This document shows positions 7,637 to 16,582 of a stretch of 25,895 bases of DNA, in pieces. A program made the translations under genes and the position numbers. Within the stretch, counting starts at the first letter, position 1; each line of letters opens with the position of its first letter. A model generated the notes under the pieces. It did no database searches, had not been told where the DNA came from, and worked only from the letters and a program-made list of their open reading frames with translations. Origin of the DNA: a virus (taxonomy: Duplodnaviria > Caudoviricetes); the IMG/VR virus record IMGVR_UViG_3300044267_001826, positions 1 to 25,895 of that record; one strand, written 5' to 3'.

Positions 7637-8545
7637 ATGGCTAATGGCGGAATTATCGGACCTACTCAAACAGTTACAGCATCTGTACCTGGAACAACAA
7701 CTACATTCAACGCAAACGGTACACTAACAACTCAACCTGCAACTACTTCAGTTAATGTTTTAGTTATAGCTGGAGGAGGAGGTGGCACTAGAGATAGAGG
7801 TGGTGGAGGTGGAGCAGGTGGTTATAGATTTTGTACTTCTATTCCTGTTTCAGGAGCTTCTCCTTATACAATTGTAGTTGGTGGTGGAGGTGCGGCTGGA
7901 AGCCCCTCAGCTTGTAGAGGATCTACAGGTAATAATTCAAGTTTTGCACCCGGCACACCAATAGAATTTACATCAAATGGTGGTGGTGGTGGAGGAACTG
8001 GTGGCGGTGCTCCATGTAAAGCTGGAGTTAATGGTGGTTCTGGTGGAGGTGGAGGCGGTATTGCAGCTCCAGCTAATGTGGCTGGGTCAGGAAATACTCC
8101 TTCAACAAGTCCATCACAAGGAAATAATGGTGGAGCTGGAAACGGAACAGAATCAGGTCCCAAAAATAGAGGTGGTGGTGGCGGTGGAGGTGCAGGTGGC
8201 GCAGGTACTACTGCAACTACAACACAAGAAGGAAATGGTGGAAATGCATCTAATGCTTGGCCAGGAGATTGTACAGCAAGAGCTGGTGGTGGCGGCGGTG
8301 GTGGACAAAGTTCAGCTTCATCAGCTGGAGGTGGTGGCGGTGGTGCTGGAACTACTGGACCAACTGGAGCACAAAATGGAACTAATAATACAGGCGGTGG
8401 CGGTGGTGGTTCAGGAGATGGCACTGCTGGATCTGGTGGACCAGGTGTAGTTATTGTTGCAGAACCCCCAGTACCAGCAAAAGCACCAGGTGTTTGGCAA
8501 ATGAATACAGTATACGAATTTGTAAAAGCAGGTAATTGGGTATAA
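7637..8545 (+). CDS. Glycine-rich domain protein (putative fibre / receptor-binding), one Gly-rich domain
   Basis: SD AGGAGG; VLVIAGGGGG...GGGGAGGYR...GGPGVVIV architecture of polyglycine-II-type Gly-rich domains. Confidence 0.8.
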   Translation: MANGGIIGPTQTVTASVPGTTTTFNANGTLTTQPATTSVNVLVIAGGGGGTRDRGGGGGAGGYRFCTSIPVSGASPYTIVVGGGGAAGSPSACRGSTGNNSSFAPGTPIEFTSNGGGGGGTGGGAPCKAGVNGGSGGGGGGIAAPANVAGSGNTPSTSPSQGNNGGAGNGTESGPKNRGGGGGGGAGGAGTTATTTQEGNGGNASNAWPGDCTARAGGGGGGGQSSASSAGGGGGGAGTTGPTGAQNGTNNTGGGGGGSGDGTAGSGGPGVVIVAEPPVPAKAPGVWQMNTVYEFVKAGNWV

Positions 8546-8549
8546 AATA

Positions 8550-8580
8550 TAGACAAATGATTTATAATAAAGTATAAATA
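8550..8580 (+). promoter_or_regulatory. Putative sigma70 promoter upstream of 8602
   Basis: TAGACA (8550-8555), 17 nt spacer, TATAAA (8573-8578); intergenic. Confidence 0.55.
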
Positions 8581-8601
8581 AATTTTAAGGAGATAAAAAT
8601 T

Positions 8602-9069
8602 ATGGCACATTTTGCAGAATTAGATAGTTCAAACAAAGTTTTAAGAGTAGTGGTTGTTGGAAATGACGTTGCAACAGCTGATGGACCTTTGGGAGAAAAC
8701 GACATGCATGTTGATGGAGAAACATGGTGTGTAAATTTTTTTAAGGGTGGAAACTGGAAACAAACTTCTTACAATCACAATTTTAGAAAACAATATGCAG
8801 GCAAAGATTATACTTATGACTCTGCAAAAGATAAATTTATTTCACCTCAACCTTACGCATCTTGGTCATTAGATTCAAATGACGATTGGCAAGCACCAAT
8901 AACTTATCCAACAGTTACAGAAGAAGGTGATGTAAAATATTTTATTTCATGGAACGAATCAAAATACAACGCTGACAACGCTAAAGGTTGGGAAGCAATA
9001 AAATCAAACGACGACGCGGAAACCAAAACAATTTACGATTGGAATGGCACAATTTGGGTGTCCGCATAG
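8602..9069 (+). CDS. MAHFAEL-family fibre-associated protein (possible assembly chaperone or adaptor)
   Basis: MAHFAELD...WKQTSYNHNFRKQYAG...D.FISPQPYASW...WQAP motifs, commonly found next to Gly-rich fibre genes; SD AAGGAG. Confidence 0.7.
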   Translation: MAHFAELDSSNKVLRVVVVGNDVATADGPLGENDMHVDGETWCVNFFKGGNWKQTSYNHNFRKQYAGKDYTYDSAKDKFISPQPYASWSLDSNDDWQAPITYPTVTEEGDVKYFISWNESKYNADNAKGWEAIKSNDDAETKTIYDWNGTIWVSA

Positions 9070-9081
9070 GAGGACATTAAA

Positions 9082-11766
9082 ATGCCAAGAGGCAGCGCAA
9101 ATCAAAATGGTGGTATTTTAGGAAAAGTTAATAAAACTTCTTTCGGAAAAAATAAAATTACATCTACTACATCTACAGGAAATTTTACAACACAACCCGG
9201 TACAACTGTACTAAATGTTGCAGTTGTTGGTGCCGGTGCAGGTGGTGGAGCTGGAGGCACACGAGGAGGTGGCGGTGGTGGAGCTGGTGGTTTTCAATCT
9301 TCTAATTGTATTTCTGTGTGTGGAAACACAGCTTATCCAGTAACTATTGGTGGCGGTGGTGCCGGAGCAAATAGTGATGGTAAAGGAACTGATGGAGGTA
9401 ATACTGTTGGATTTTGTTTAACAAGCCCAGGTGGTGGTGCTGGCGGTGGTCAAGGTTCACTTCCTGGAAACTCAGGAGCTTCTGGTGGTGGAGGAGGATC
9501 AGGACCAGGAGGAGCAGGATGTGGTGGTACAGGTGGGCCTCTTGGTAATGCTGGTGGAAATGGACACCCTTCTTATACTGGTGGTGGCGGAGGTGGAGCT
9601 GGAGCAGTAGGCTCAAATTCAACTTCAAGCGCTGGTGGTAATGGTGGAGCAGGATTATCTTTTGAATGCACAACATATGCAGGAGGCGGAGGTGGTGCTG
9701 AAGGAACAGGAGCAGATGGAGGTTGTGGTGGATCAGGTGGTGGTGGACCAGGATCAAAATCACCAGGACCATGTGGTGCTGTACCTAAAGGAGTAGCAGG
9801 AGATCCAGGATCAGGTGGAGGTGGTGGCGGAGCTAACTCTACACCAGGAACACCCGGTCAAGCAGGTGGACAAGGTGGTGGTGGAGCTGTCGTAACAAAA
9901 GAATTAGATAAAGCAAGTGGTGTGTGGTCAATGCAAAGTCAATTTCAAGCTAGAAAATCTAATTCATGGCCTTCAACATTCGCATTAGTTGATTACATGG
10001 TAGTCGCTGGTGGTGGATCAGGTGGTGTAGGAGAAGGTGGTGGAGGCGGTGGCGGTGGTTATCGAGCTACTGGTTTTGGACCATCCCCATTACAAGCATG
10101 TACATTAGATTTTTCAGTTGGAGAAGTATTTACAGTAACAGTTGGTGCTGGAGCAGCAGGTTATCCTTATCCAAGTGCACCGAATGGTCATGGATCTAGA
10201 GGAAGTGACTCTGTTCTAGCAAGTCCAAATATGACTACAATAACATCAACAGGTGGTGGAGGTGGTAAGAATAATAGTCCTACTAGTTCACCCGTGGCCC
10301 CTGGAGGTTCTGGTGGTGGAGGTGGTGCAAGCAATAGCAATCCTGGAGGTAGTGGTAATACACCTCCAACTGATCCACCTCAAGGTAGAGATGGTGGTGC
10401 TGGAGCACACAGTTCTGGACATGGTTCAGGTGGTGGAGGTGGTGGAGCAACTGCTGTAGGTCAAGTTGGACAAACATCATCAGGTGGTGGAGATGGAGGT
10501 GCAGGAGCACCTAACAATATTTATGGTGGTTACGGAATTGGATATGCAGGTGGTGGAGGTGCTGCATCTGAAAATGCAGGTGGAGGAACCTCTCCTTGCG
10601 GATCAGGTGGTAGTGGAGGAAAAGGAAGACCAACTGGAGCAACTTGTGGATCAGGTAATCCAGGAGTTGTTAACACTGGTGGTGGAGGTGGTGGAGCAAA
10701 TGTTTGTTGCACTTCATCTGGAGCCGGTGGATCGGGAGTTGTTATACTTAGAGCACCTTCTAGTTATATTTTTTCAACAACAACACCAAGTGCATCCCCG
10801 TCGTCTACTCCAACAACTAACGAAGGATTTATGGCTCCTTGTGGAGCACAAGGTGCAAGATTTGTTGCATCAGGAACAGGAACATTAAAATCAATAGCAT
10901 GTGGTGTAGCAGGAGATTTCTTAGTTGTAGGTGGTGGAGGAGGATCAGCTAATGACTTTTCTGGTGGAGGTGGAGCCGGAGGTGTAAGACATTCTTTCGG
11001 AGTTCCAGGTCAAACACCTTTTACAGTTCACCCAGGAAGTTATGGAGTTATAATTGGTGGAGGTGGATCTGCTGCTCCAAGTGGATCAGCTGTGGCTACT
11101 TCTGGAAATGACTCATCTTTTTATGGAATTATAGGATTTGGTGGTGGAAGAGCAGGAATGCAAAATGGACCGGGACGAAGTGGTCTAACATCTGGTGCTT
11201 CCGGAGGATCTGGTGGTGGTGGAACAACTATACCACCAGGTTGTGCAGCTAATGGTGGTTCAGGAAACACACCTCCATTTAGTCCACCTCAAGGAAATGC
11301 AGGTGGAAGAGGTAGATTTACTTCAGGTAACGTATCAGCAGGAGGTGGTGGAGGAGCTGGTGGAGCAGGAGCATGTGGAACTTCATCTGGTTCAGGAAAT
11401 GGCGGAGCTGGTGGTGTTGGAATACCAAGTACTATTACAGGATCTGATGTTTCATACGCAGGTGGTGGAGGTGGAGCAGGAGAAGATGTAGCTGGAGGAG
11501 CTTCTCCATGTGGAACAGGTGGAGCAGGAGCAACTGGATCAGGAGCAGGAACAGCAGGAACAACTAATAGAGGTGGTGGAGCCGGAGGTGGTGGGTCAGG
11601 AGCCGGAGCTGCAGGTGGACCAGGAGTTGTAATTTTAAGATTCCCTGGACCAACATGTGTGGCAGCAAGTCCTAGCCCAGCTAACCCAGTAGCAACTTTA
11701 CCGGGACCAGCAGGTGGTTGTAAAGTAGCAACTTTTACAGTTTCAGGAACGTTGACAATATCATAA
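9082..11766 (+). CDS. Large glycine-rich protein with three tandem Gly-rich domains (putative tail fibre / receptor-binding protein)
   Basis: Three domains begin NVAVVGAGAGG, DYMVVAGGG and DFLVVGGGG and end GAVVTKE, GVVILR and GVVILR; SD AGGAGG. Confidence 0.8.
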   Translation: MPRGSANQNGGILGKVNKTSFGKNKITSTTSTGNFTTQPGTTVLNVAVVGAGAGGGAGGTRGGGGGGAGGFQSSNCISVCGNTAYPVTIGGGGAGANSDGKGTDGGNTVGFCLTSPGGGAGGGQGSLPGNSGASGGGGGSGPGGAGCGGTGGPLGNAGGNGHPSYTGGGGGGAGAVGSNSTSSAGGNGGAGLSFECTTYAGGGGGAEGTGADGGCGGSGGGGPGSKSPGPCGAVPKGVAGDPGSGGGGGGANSTPGTPGQAGGQGGGGAVVTKELDKASGVWSMQSQFQARKSNSWPSTFALVDYMVVAGGGSGGVGEGGGGGGGGYRATGFGPSPLQACTLDFSVGEVFTVTVGAGAAGYPYPSAPNGHGSRGSDSVLASPNMTTITSTGGGGGKNNSPTSSPVAPGGSGGGGGASNSNPGGSGNTPPTDPPQGRDGGAGAHSSGHGSGGGGGGATAVGQVGQTSSGGGDGGAGAPNNIYGGYGIGYAGGGGAASENAGGGTSPCGSGGSGGKGRPTGATCGSGNPGVVNTGGGGGGANVCCTSSGAGGSGVVILRAPSSYIFSTTTPSASPSSTPTTNEGFMAPCGAQGARFVASGTGTLKSIACGVAGDFLVVGGGGGSANDFSGGGGAGGVRHSFGVPGQTPFTVHPGSYGVIIGGGGSAAPSGSAVATSGNDSSFYGIIGFGGGRAGMQNGPGRSGLTSGASGGSGGGGTTIPPGCAANGGSGNTPPFSPPQGNAGGRGRFTSGNVSAGGGGGAGGAGACGTSSGSGNGGAGGVGIPSTITGSDVSYAGGGGGAGEDVAGGASPCGTGGAGATGSGAGTAGTTNRGGGAGGGGSGAGAAGGPGVVILRFPGPTCVAASPSPANPVATLPGPAGGCKVATFTVSGTLTIS

Positions 11767-11779
11767 CAAATGTTATATT
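11752..11779 (+). promoter_or_regulatory. Putative sigma70 promoter for the oxygenase cluster
   Basis: TTGACA (11752-11757, inside the last codons of the upstream gene), 16 nt spacer, TATATT (11774-11779), with extended -10 TG at 11771-11772. Confidence 0.65.
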
Positions 11780-11795
11780 AAGTTTATAAAGATAT

Positions 11796-12422
11796 ATGAA
11801 CTTAACAAATTATTATTGGTATTTTCAAAATGCTATTCCTCATAGAATATGTGATGATATTGCAAGATATGGAAAATCTATACAAGATCAAATGGCAGTT
11901 ACTGGTGGTTATGGTGATAGAAAATTAAGTCAAAAACAAATAAAAGATTTAAAAAAGAAAAGAGATTCTAATATTGTTTGGATGAATGATAGATGGATAT
12001 ATAAAGAAATTCAACCTTATATTCATCAAGCAAATGCTAATGCGGGTTGGAACTTTCAATGGGATTTTTCTGAGTCTTGTCAATTTACAAAATATGTAAA
12101 AGGACAATACTATGATTGGCATTGTGATAGTTGGGACAAACCTTATCAACGACAAGAAGGCGCTCCAGATCATGGAAAAATTAGAAAATTATCTGTAACT
12201 GTTACATTATCTGATCCTAAAGAATATAAAGGTGGAGAATTAGAATTTGATTTTAGAAATTTAGATCCTGACAAACCTGGAAAACCTGTAAAGTGTAAAG
12301 AAATATTACCTAAAGGATCTTTAGTTGTATTTCCTTCGTTTGTGTGGCACAGAGTATGTCCAGTTAAAAAGGGAGAAAGAAAAAGTTTAGTAATATGGAA
12401 TTTAGGATGGCCATTTAAATGA
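11796..12422 (+). CDS. 2OG-Fe(II) oxygenase, prolyl-4-hydroxylase/PKHD-like
   Basis: Fe ligands YDWHCD (HxD) and VFPSFVWHRVCPV (distal His); also RKLSVTV...YKGGEL and RKSLVIW (2OG-binding Arg). Confidence 0.92.
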   Translation: MNLTNYYWYFQNAIPHRICDDIARYGKSIQDQMAVTGGYGDRKLSQKQIKDLKKKRDSNIVWMNDRWIYKEIQPYIHQANANAGWNFQWDFSESCQFTKYVKGQYYDWHCDSWDKPYQRQEGAPDHGKIRKLSVTVTLSDPKEYKGGELEFDFRNLDPDKPGKPVKCKEILPKGSLVVFPSFVWHRVCPVKKGERKSLVIWNLGWPFK

Positions 12423-13126
12423 AAAAGAAAAAAATTAAAATAAAAAAAAATAAAGATTTAAGTTATCCTAAACAATTACAAAAAGAAGATGTTTTTAAAT
12501 GTCCTATTTGGTTTGCTGATGAACCAGCTTTTGTTAATGATTTAAATAAAGCATCAGATAAATATATTGAAGAATCTAAAAAAACATCAAAACCAGGTAT
12601 TGATAAACGTAACAAAAAATATGGTGACAAAGGTGATATGGGTCATGTATTTCATTCTACAACATTAATAGGAGACCCTAATTTTAATCAATTAATAAAT
12701 TACGTAGGCGCAACATCACATAATTTATTAAATGAAATGGGTTTTGATTTAACTAATTTTCAAATATTTACCACTGAAATGTGGGTTCAAGAATTTGCTC
12801 AAAAAGGTGGCGGACATCATACATTACATACACATTGGAATGGTCATATGTCTGGTTTTTATTTTTTAAAAGCTGGTGAAGAAACATCACTTCCAATTTT
12901 TGAAGATCCAAGACCAGGTAATGTTATGAATCTTTTACCAGAAAAAAATAGAACAGAAATAACATATGCATCATCTCAAATTAATTATGCAGTTAAACCA
13001 GGTAGAATGATATTTTTTCCATCTTATATGCCACATCAATATGCAGTAGATATAGGGTATAAACCATTTAGATTTATACATTGGAACTGCCAAGCAATAC
13101 CCAAAGGAGTATTAAATGTCGTTTAA
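12419..13126 (+). CDS. Putative 2OG-Fe(II) oxygenase, TIGR02466-like (HxH type)
   Basis: MWVQ...HTLHTH...SGFYFL...FEDPRP...FFPSYMPH...RFIHWN motif series; ATGA overlap with the upstream gene. Confidence 0.85.
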   Translation: MKKKKIKIKKNKDLSYPKQLQKEDVFKCPIWFADEPAFVNDLNKASDKYIEESKKTSKPGIDKRNKKYGDKGDMGHVFHSTTLIGDPNFNQLINYVGATSHNLLNEMGFDLTNFQIFTTEMWVQEFAQKGGGHHTLHTHWNGHMSGFYFLKAGEETSLPIFEDPRPGNVMNLLPEKNRTEITYASSQINYAVKPGRMIFFPSYMPHQYAVDIGYKPFRFIHWNCQAIPKGVLNVV

Positions 13127-13751
13127 AAATAATAAATATAGTGTTTTAAAAAATGCAATATCAAAAGAACTAGCAGAGTTTGTTTACAAATATTTTTTAA
13201 ATAAAAGAAATGTATCAAAGTTTTTATTTGATCAAAGATATATATCTCCATTTACAGAATACTGGGGCATATGGAATGATGAACAAGTTCCAAACACATA
13301 CTCACATTATGGTGACATAGCTATGGAAACTTTATTACAAGAAGTAAAACCTGTTATGGAAAAACACACCGGACTTAAATTAAGTCCTACATATTCCTAT
13401 GCAAGAATTTATAAAAAAGGAGATGTGTTAGCTAGACACAAAGATAGATACTCGTGTGAAATATCTACCACATTAAATTTAGGTGGTGATCCATGGCCTA
13501 TCTATTTAGATCCAACAGGAAAAAAAGGTCAAGCAGGTGTTAAAGTAAATCTTAAACCAGGTGACATGTTAATATATTCTGGTTGTGATCTTGAACATTG
13601 GAGAGAAGAATTTATTGGCAAAGATTGTGGACAAGTATTTTTACATTATAACAAAGCCAATTCTAAAATGGCTAAAGAAAATTATCTAGATAAAAGACTT
13701 TTATTAGGTTTACCTGCTTGGTTTAAAGGCTTTACATTACCTAAAAAATAG
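13116..13751 (+). CDS. Putative 2OG-Fe(II) oxygenase (phage HKDRxSCE family)
   Basis: PTYSYARIY...LARHKDRYSCEISTTL (HxD)...PGDMLIYSGCDLEHWRE...QVFLHY; SD AAGGAG. Confidence 0.82.
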   Translation: MSFKNNKYSVLKNAISKELAEFVYKYFLNKRNVSKFLFDQRYISPFTEYWGIWNDEQVPNTYSHYGDIAMETLLQEVKPVMEKHTGLKLSPTYSYARIYKKGDVLARHKDRYSCEISTTLNLGGDPWPIYLDPTGKKGQAGVKVNLKPGDMLIYSGCDLEHWREEFIGKDCGQVFLHYNKANSKMAKENYLDKRLLLGLPAWFKGFTLPKK

Positions 13752-13759
13752 TTTATAAA
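13731..13759 (+). promoter_or_regulatory. Putative sigma70 promoter immediately upstream of a GC-rich hairpin
   Basis: TTTACA (13731-13736), 17 nt spacer, TATAAA (13754-13759). Confidence 0.45.
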
Positions 13760-13767
13760 ATAAGCTT

Positions 13768-13803
13768 GCAGGGGGATGATCCACCACAGATTCCCTCTGC
13801 TTT
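13768..13803 (+). terminator. GC-rich hairpin with C/A-rich loop (terminator of the oxygenase operon and/or small RNA)
   Basis: GCAGGGGGA/TCCCTCTGC stem with one G-U pair, TG bulge, ATC/GAT, loop CACCACA, then TTT. Confidence 0.6.
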
Positions 13804-13857
13804 AACCGTTTGAATTTCCTTACAATCTGATATAAACCTAATAAACAGGATTTTTAT

Positions 13858-16080
13858 ATGTTACAAAAACTAGGTTTTTTACCCGGATTCAATAAACAAG
13901 TTACATCTACCGGCGCCGAATCTCAATGGACAGGCGGTGAAAATGTACGTTTTAGATATGGCACACCTGAAAAAATAGGTGGTTGGACCCAATTAGGAGA
14001 GTCTAAACTTACAGGTGTAGCAAGAGGTTTACATCATTTTGTTAATACAGCTTCTACTAAATTTGCAGCCATAGGAACTAATAGAATTTTATATGTATAT
14101 TCTGGTGGAGTGTTTTATGATATACATCCTTTAACTAATCCATCAGGCACAGCTATTACTAATGCTTTTAGCACAGTTAATAACAGTCCAACGGTCACTA
14201 TTACATTTTCTACTTCACATAATTTTGTAGCAGGAGACATAATATTATTTGGTGATGCTTCTACATTCTCAGCTATTACCAACTCTAATTTTGGAGCTGC
14301 TGATTTTGCTGACAAAAAATTTATGGTAACATCTGTACCTACTGCAACCACAATTACTATTACTATGCCAAGTGTTGAAACTGGAAGTGGTGCGACTACT
14401 TCTGGAGGCATTACTTATTATCAATACTATCACGTAGGACCAGCAGAACAAGTTGGTGCTTTTGGGTGGGGTATAGCATTATGGGGTGGAAGTGTATTAG
14501 GATCAGCAACTACAACATTAAATGGAGCATTAGCTGATGATACTAATGGTAATAATTCGTCAGCTACAGAAATTACATTAGCTAGTGTTACAGGATTTCC
14601 TACAACAGGAACTAATTATGTTCAGGTTGGTGCTGAAGAAATATCTTACACAGGAATTTCTGGTTTAAAATTAACAGGAATTACTAGAGCAGTAAGAGGT
14701 TCAACTAGATCTTCACATTCAAATGGTGCAACTGTAACTAATACTTCTAGCTGGACTGGATGGGGATCACCAGCAGCCAACACCGATAAAGTAACAGATC
14801 CTGGTTTATGGTCATTAGATAATTTAGGTACAACACTTATTGCACTTATACATAATGGAGAGTGTTTTCAATGGGATGGTGATGCAACTAATGCGACTGC
14901 AACAAGAGCCACTATTATAACAGGTGCACCCACTGCATCTAGAGATATGTTAGTATCTACTCCCGATCGTCACTTAGTGTTTTTTGGCACAGAAAAAACT
15001 ATTGGAGATAAAACTACACAAGATGATATGTTTATAAGATTTTCGTCTCAAGAAGATATAAATACTTATACTCCTACAGCAACCAATAGTGCTGGTACAC
15101 AAAGACTGGCTGACGGATCACGGATCATGGGAGCTAAACTTGGTAGAAATGCAATATATATTTGGACTGATACAGCTTTATTTACCATGCGTTTTGTTGG
15201 AACTCCATTTACATTTGCTTATGAACAAGTTGGAACTAACTGTGGATTAATAGGTATGAATGCAGCCGTAGAGGTAGATGGTGCTGCATATTGGATGTCT
15301 GAAAATGGTTTTTTTAGATTTACTGGTAAGCTAGAATCTATGGATTGTTTAGTAGAGGATTATGTTTATGATGATTTAAATACAACATCTAATCAATTAA
15401 TTTACGCAGGTATTAATAATTTGTTTGGTGAAATTACTTGGTTTTATCCAACGTCTACATCTAATATAGTTAATAGAGCAGTTACATATAGTTATTTAGA
15501 TTCAACAGCTAAAAGACCTATATGGTTTACTAATGCAAATAGTTTATTTCCTAGAAGCACTTGGGAAGATTCTGCCGTATTTGGTTTACCTCATGGAACA
15601 AAATACAATCCAGACAATGATACATCTTTTGATGTAACTGGAAACACAGATGGAATTACAATTTATTTTGAACATGAAACAGGGGTTAATCAATTAGAAG
15701 CTGGAGCAGTAACTACGGCAATACCAGCAAATATTACTTCTGGAGATTATGATATTACACAAAAAGTTATTAGAGGAGCTGCAACTAATATGGCGGACCT
15801 TAGAGGTGATGGTGAAAATATTATGAGAGTTAGTAGAATTGTTCCTGATTTTATTTCTCAACAAGGTAATACAATTGTACAATTAGATTTAAGAAATTAT
15901 CCTAATAATACAGCAGCTAGTTCATCATTAGGACCATTTACTATAACATCAGCTACAACAAAAGTAGATACACGAGCACGAGCTAGAGCTATTGCTTTAA
16001 CGGTATCTAATACAGCTGTTGATACTAGTTGGAAATTAGGAACGTTTAGATTAGATATACATGCAGGAGGAAGAAGATAA
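13858..16080 (+). CDS. Tail nozzle / tail tubular protein B-like (DNA stabilisation protein)
   Basis: 740 aa; MLQKLGFLPGFNKQ...W..GENVRFRYGTPEKIGGW start, beta-propeller-like repeats (IRFSSQED, WTDTALFTM, YWMSENGFF) and a W.LGTFRLD...GRR end. Confidence 0.8.
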   Translation: MLQKLGFLPGFNKQVTSTGAESQWTGGENVRFRYGTPEKIGGWTQLGESKLTGVARGLHHFVNTASTKFAAIGTNRILYVYSGGVFYDIHPLTNPSGTAITNAFSTVNNSPTVTITFSTSHNFVAGDIILFGDASTFSAITNSNFGAADFADKKFMVTSVPTATTITITMPSVETGSGATTSGGITYYQYYHVGPAEQVGAFGWGIALWGGSVLGSATTTLNGALADDTNGNNSSATEITLASVTGFPTTGTNYVQVGAEEISYTGISGLKLTGITRAVRGSTRSSHSNGATVTNTSSWTGWGSPAANTDKVTDPGLWSLDNLGTTLIALIHNGECFQWDGDATNATATRATIITGAPTASRDMLVSTPDRHLVFFGTEKTIGDKTTQDDMFIRFSSQEDINTYTPTATNSAGTQRLADGSRIMGAKLGRNAIYIWTDTALFTMRFVGTPFTFAYEQVGTNCGLIGMNAAVEVDGAAYWMSENGFFRFTGKLESMDCLVEDYVYDDLNTTSNQLIYAGINNLFGEITWFYPTSTSNIVNRAVTYSYLDSTAKRPIWFTNANSLFPRSTWEDSAVFGLPHGTKYNPDNDTSFDVTGNTDGITIYFEHETGVNQLEAGAVTTAIPANITSGDYDITQKVIRGAATNMADLRGDGENIMRVSRIVPDFISQQGNTIVQLDLRNYPNNTAASSSLGPFTITSATTKVDTRARARAIALTVSNTAVDTSWKLGTFRLDIHAGGRR

Positions 16081-16244
16081 TGGCAAAAATAGTACAAACA
16101 TTAACTAGAGCGAGTGCGGAGTATGAAGAAGATGTAGCACAGTCTTTAATTAGAGATTTAGATGCTGTGTTAGAAAAATTAAATAGTACGTTTCAAGAAG
16201 AATTAAAACAGGAGATAGAAGCTAGAGCTTTCTTTATTGAATAA
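16080..16244 (+). CDS. Small helical protein, 54 aa (not in the ORF track)
   Basis: MAKIVQTLTRASAEYEEDVAQSLIRDLDAVLEKLNSTFQEELKQEIEARAFFIE; TAATG overlaps at both ends and GGAGG upstream. Confidence 0.8.
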   Translation: MAKIVQTLTRASAEYEEDVAQSLIRDLDAVLEKLNSTFQEELKQEIEARAFFIE

Positions 16245-16582
16245 TGGCAGTAGTAAATCAATATAAATTTTATGGTAAAGCTACAACTGCGGCTGAAACA
16301 GTTAATATGTTATCTCCAGCAGTTAATGAAACTATAATTATTAAATCATTAAGGGTAACTAATAAATCTGGTTCAAATACTCCTACTATTAGTATCTTAG
16401 ACAACGGGTTTTTTGTTATTAATACACAACAATTAGCAACAAATACAAGTGTAGAAATACTAACTCTTCCTTTAATAGTAGAAGGCGGAACAATTTTAAA
16501 GTATACTACAGCAGGAACTATGAGTGATGGCGTAGATATTGCCATTAGTTATTTAAATATAGTGAAGGAAGTAACAACATAA
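16244..16582 (+). CDS. Small beta-rich tail-associated protein, 112 aa
   Basis: Coupled start with SD-like spacing; IIKSLRVTN...PLIVEGG...AISYL resembles the 7234 protein pattern. Confidence 0.75.
   Translation: MAVVNQYKFYGKATTAAETVNMLSPAVNETIIIKSLRVTNKSGSNTPTISILDNGFFVINTQQLATNTSVEILTLPLIVEGGTILKYTTAGTMSDGVDIAISYLNIVKEVTT

Noticed and set aside
7864-8610. 248-aa Pro-rich minus-strand ORF (also 10530..10712)
   Set aside because: It is the antisense shadow of GGN codon runs, with no SD or independent coding signal
7977-11491. Val/Glu-rich alternative-frame ORFs and His/Leu-rich minus-strand ORFs over the Gly-rich genes
   Set aside because: They are frame-shifted readings of GGT/GGA repeats that lack stop codons for compositional reasons
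9082-11766. Gly-rich protein as collagen-like or PE-PGRS
   Set aside because: There is no sustained Gly-X-Y triplet periodicity and no PE domain; it fits polyglycine-type Gly-rich domains
12421-12450. A-rich run at the start of the second oxygenase as a programmed frameshift site
   Set aside because: The frame is intact with an ordinary ATGA overlap, there is no downstream stimulatory structure, and Lys-rich starts are common in AT-rich genomes
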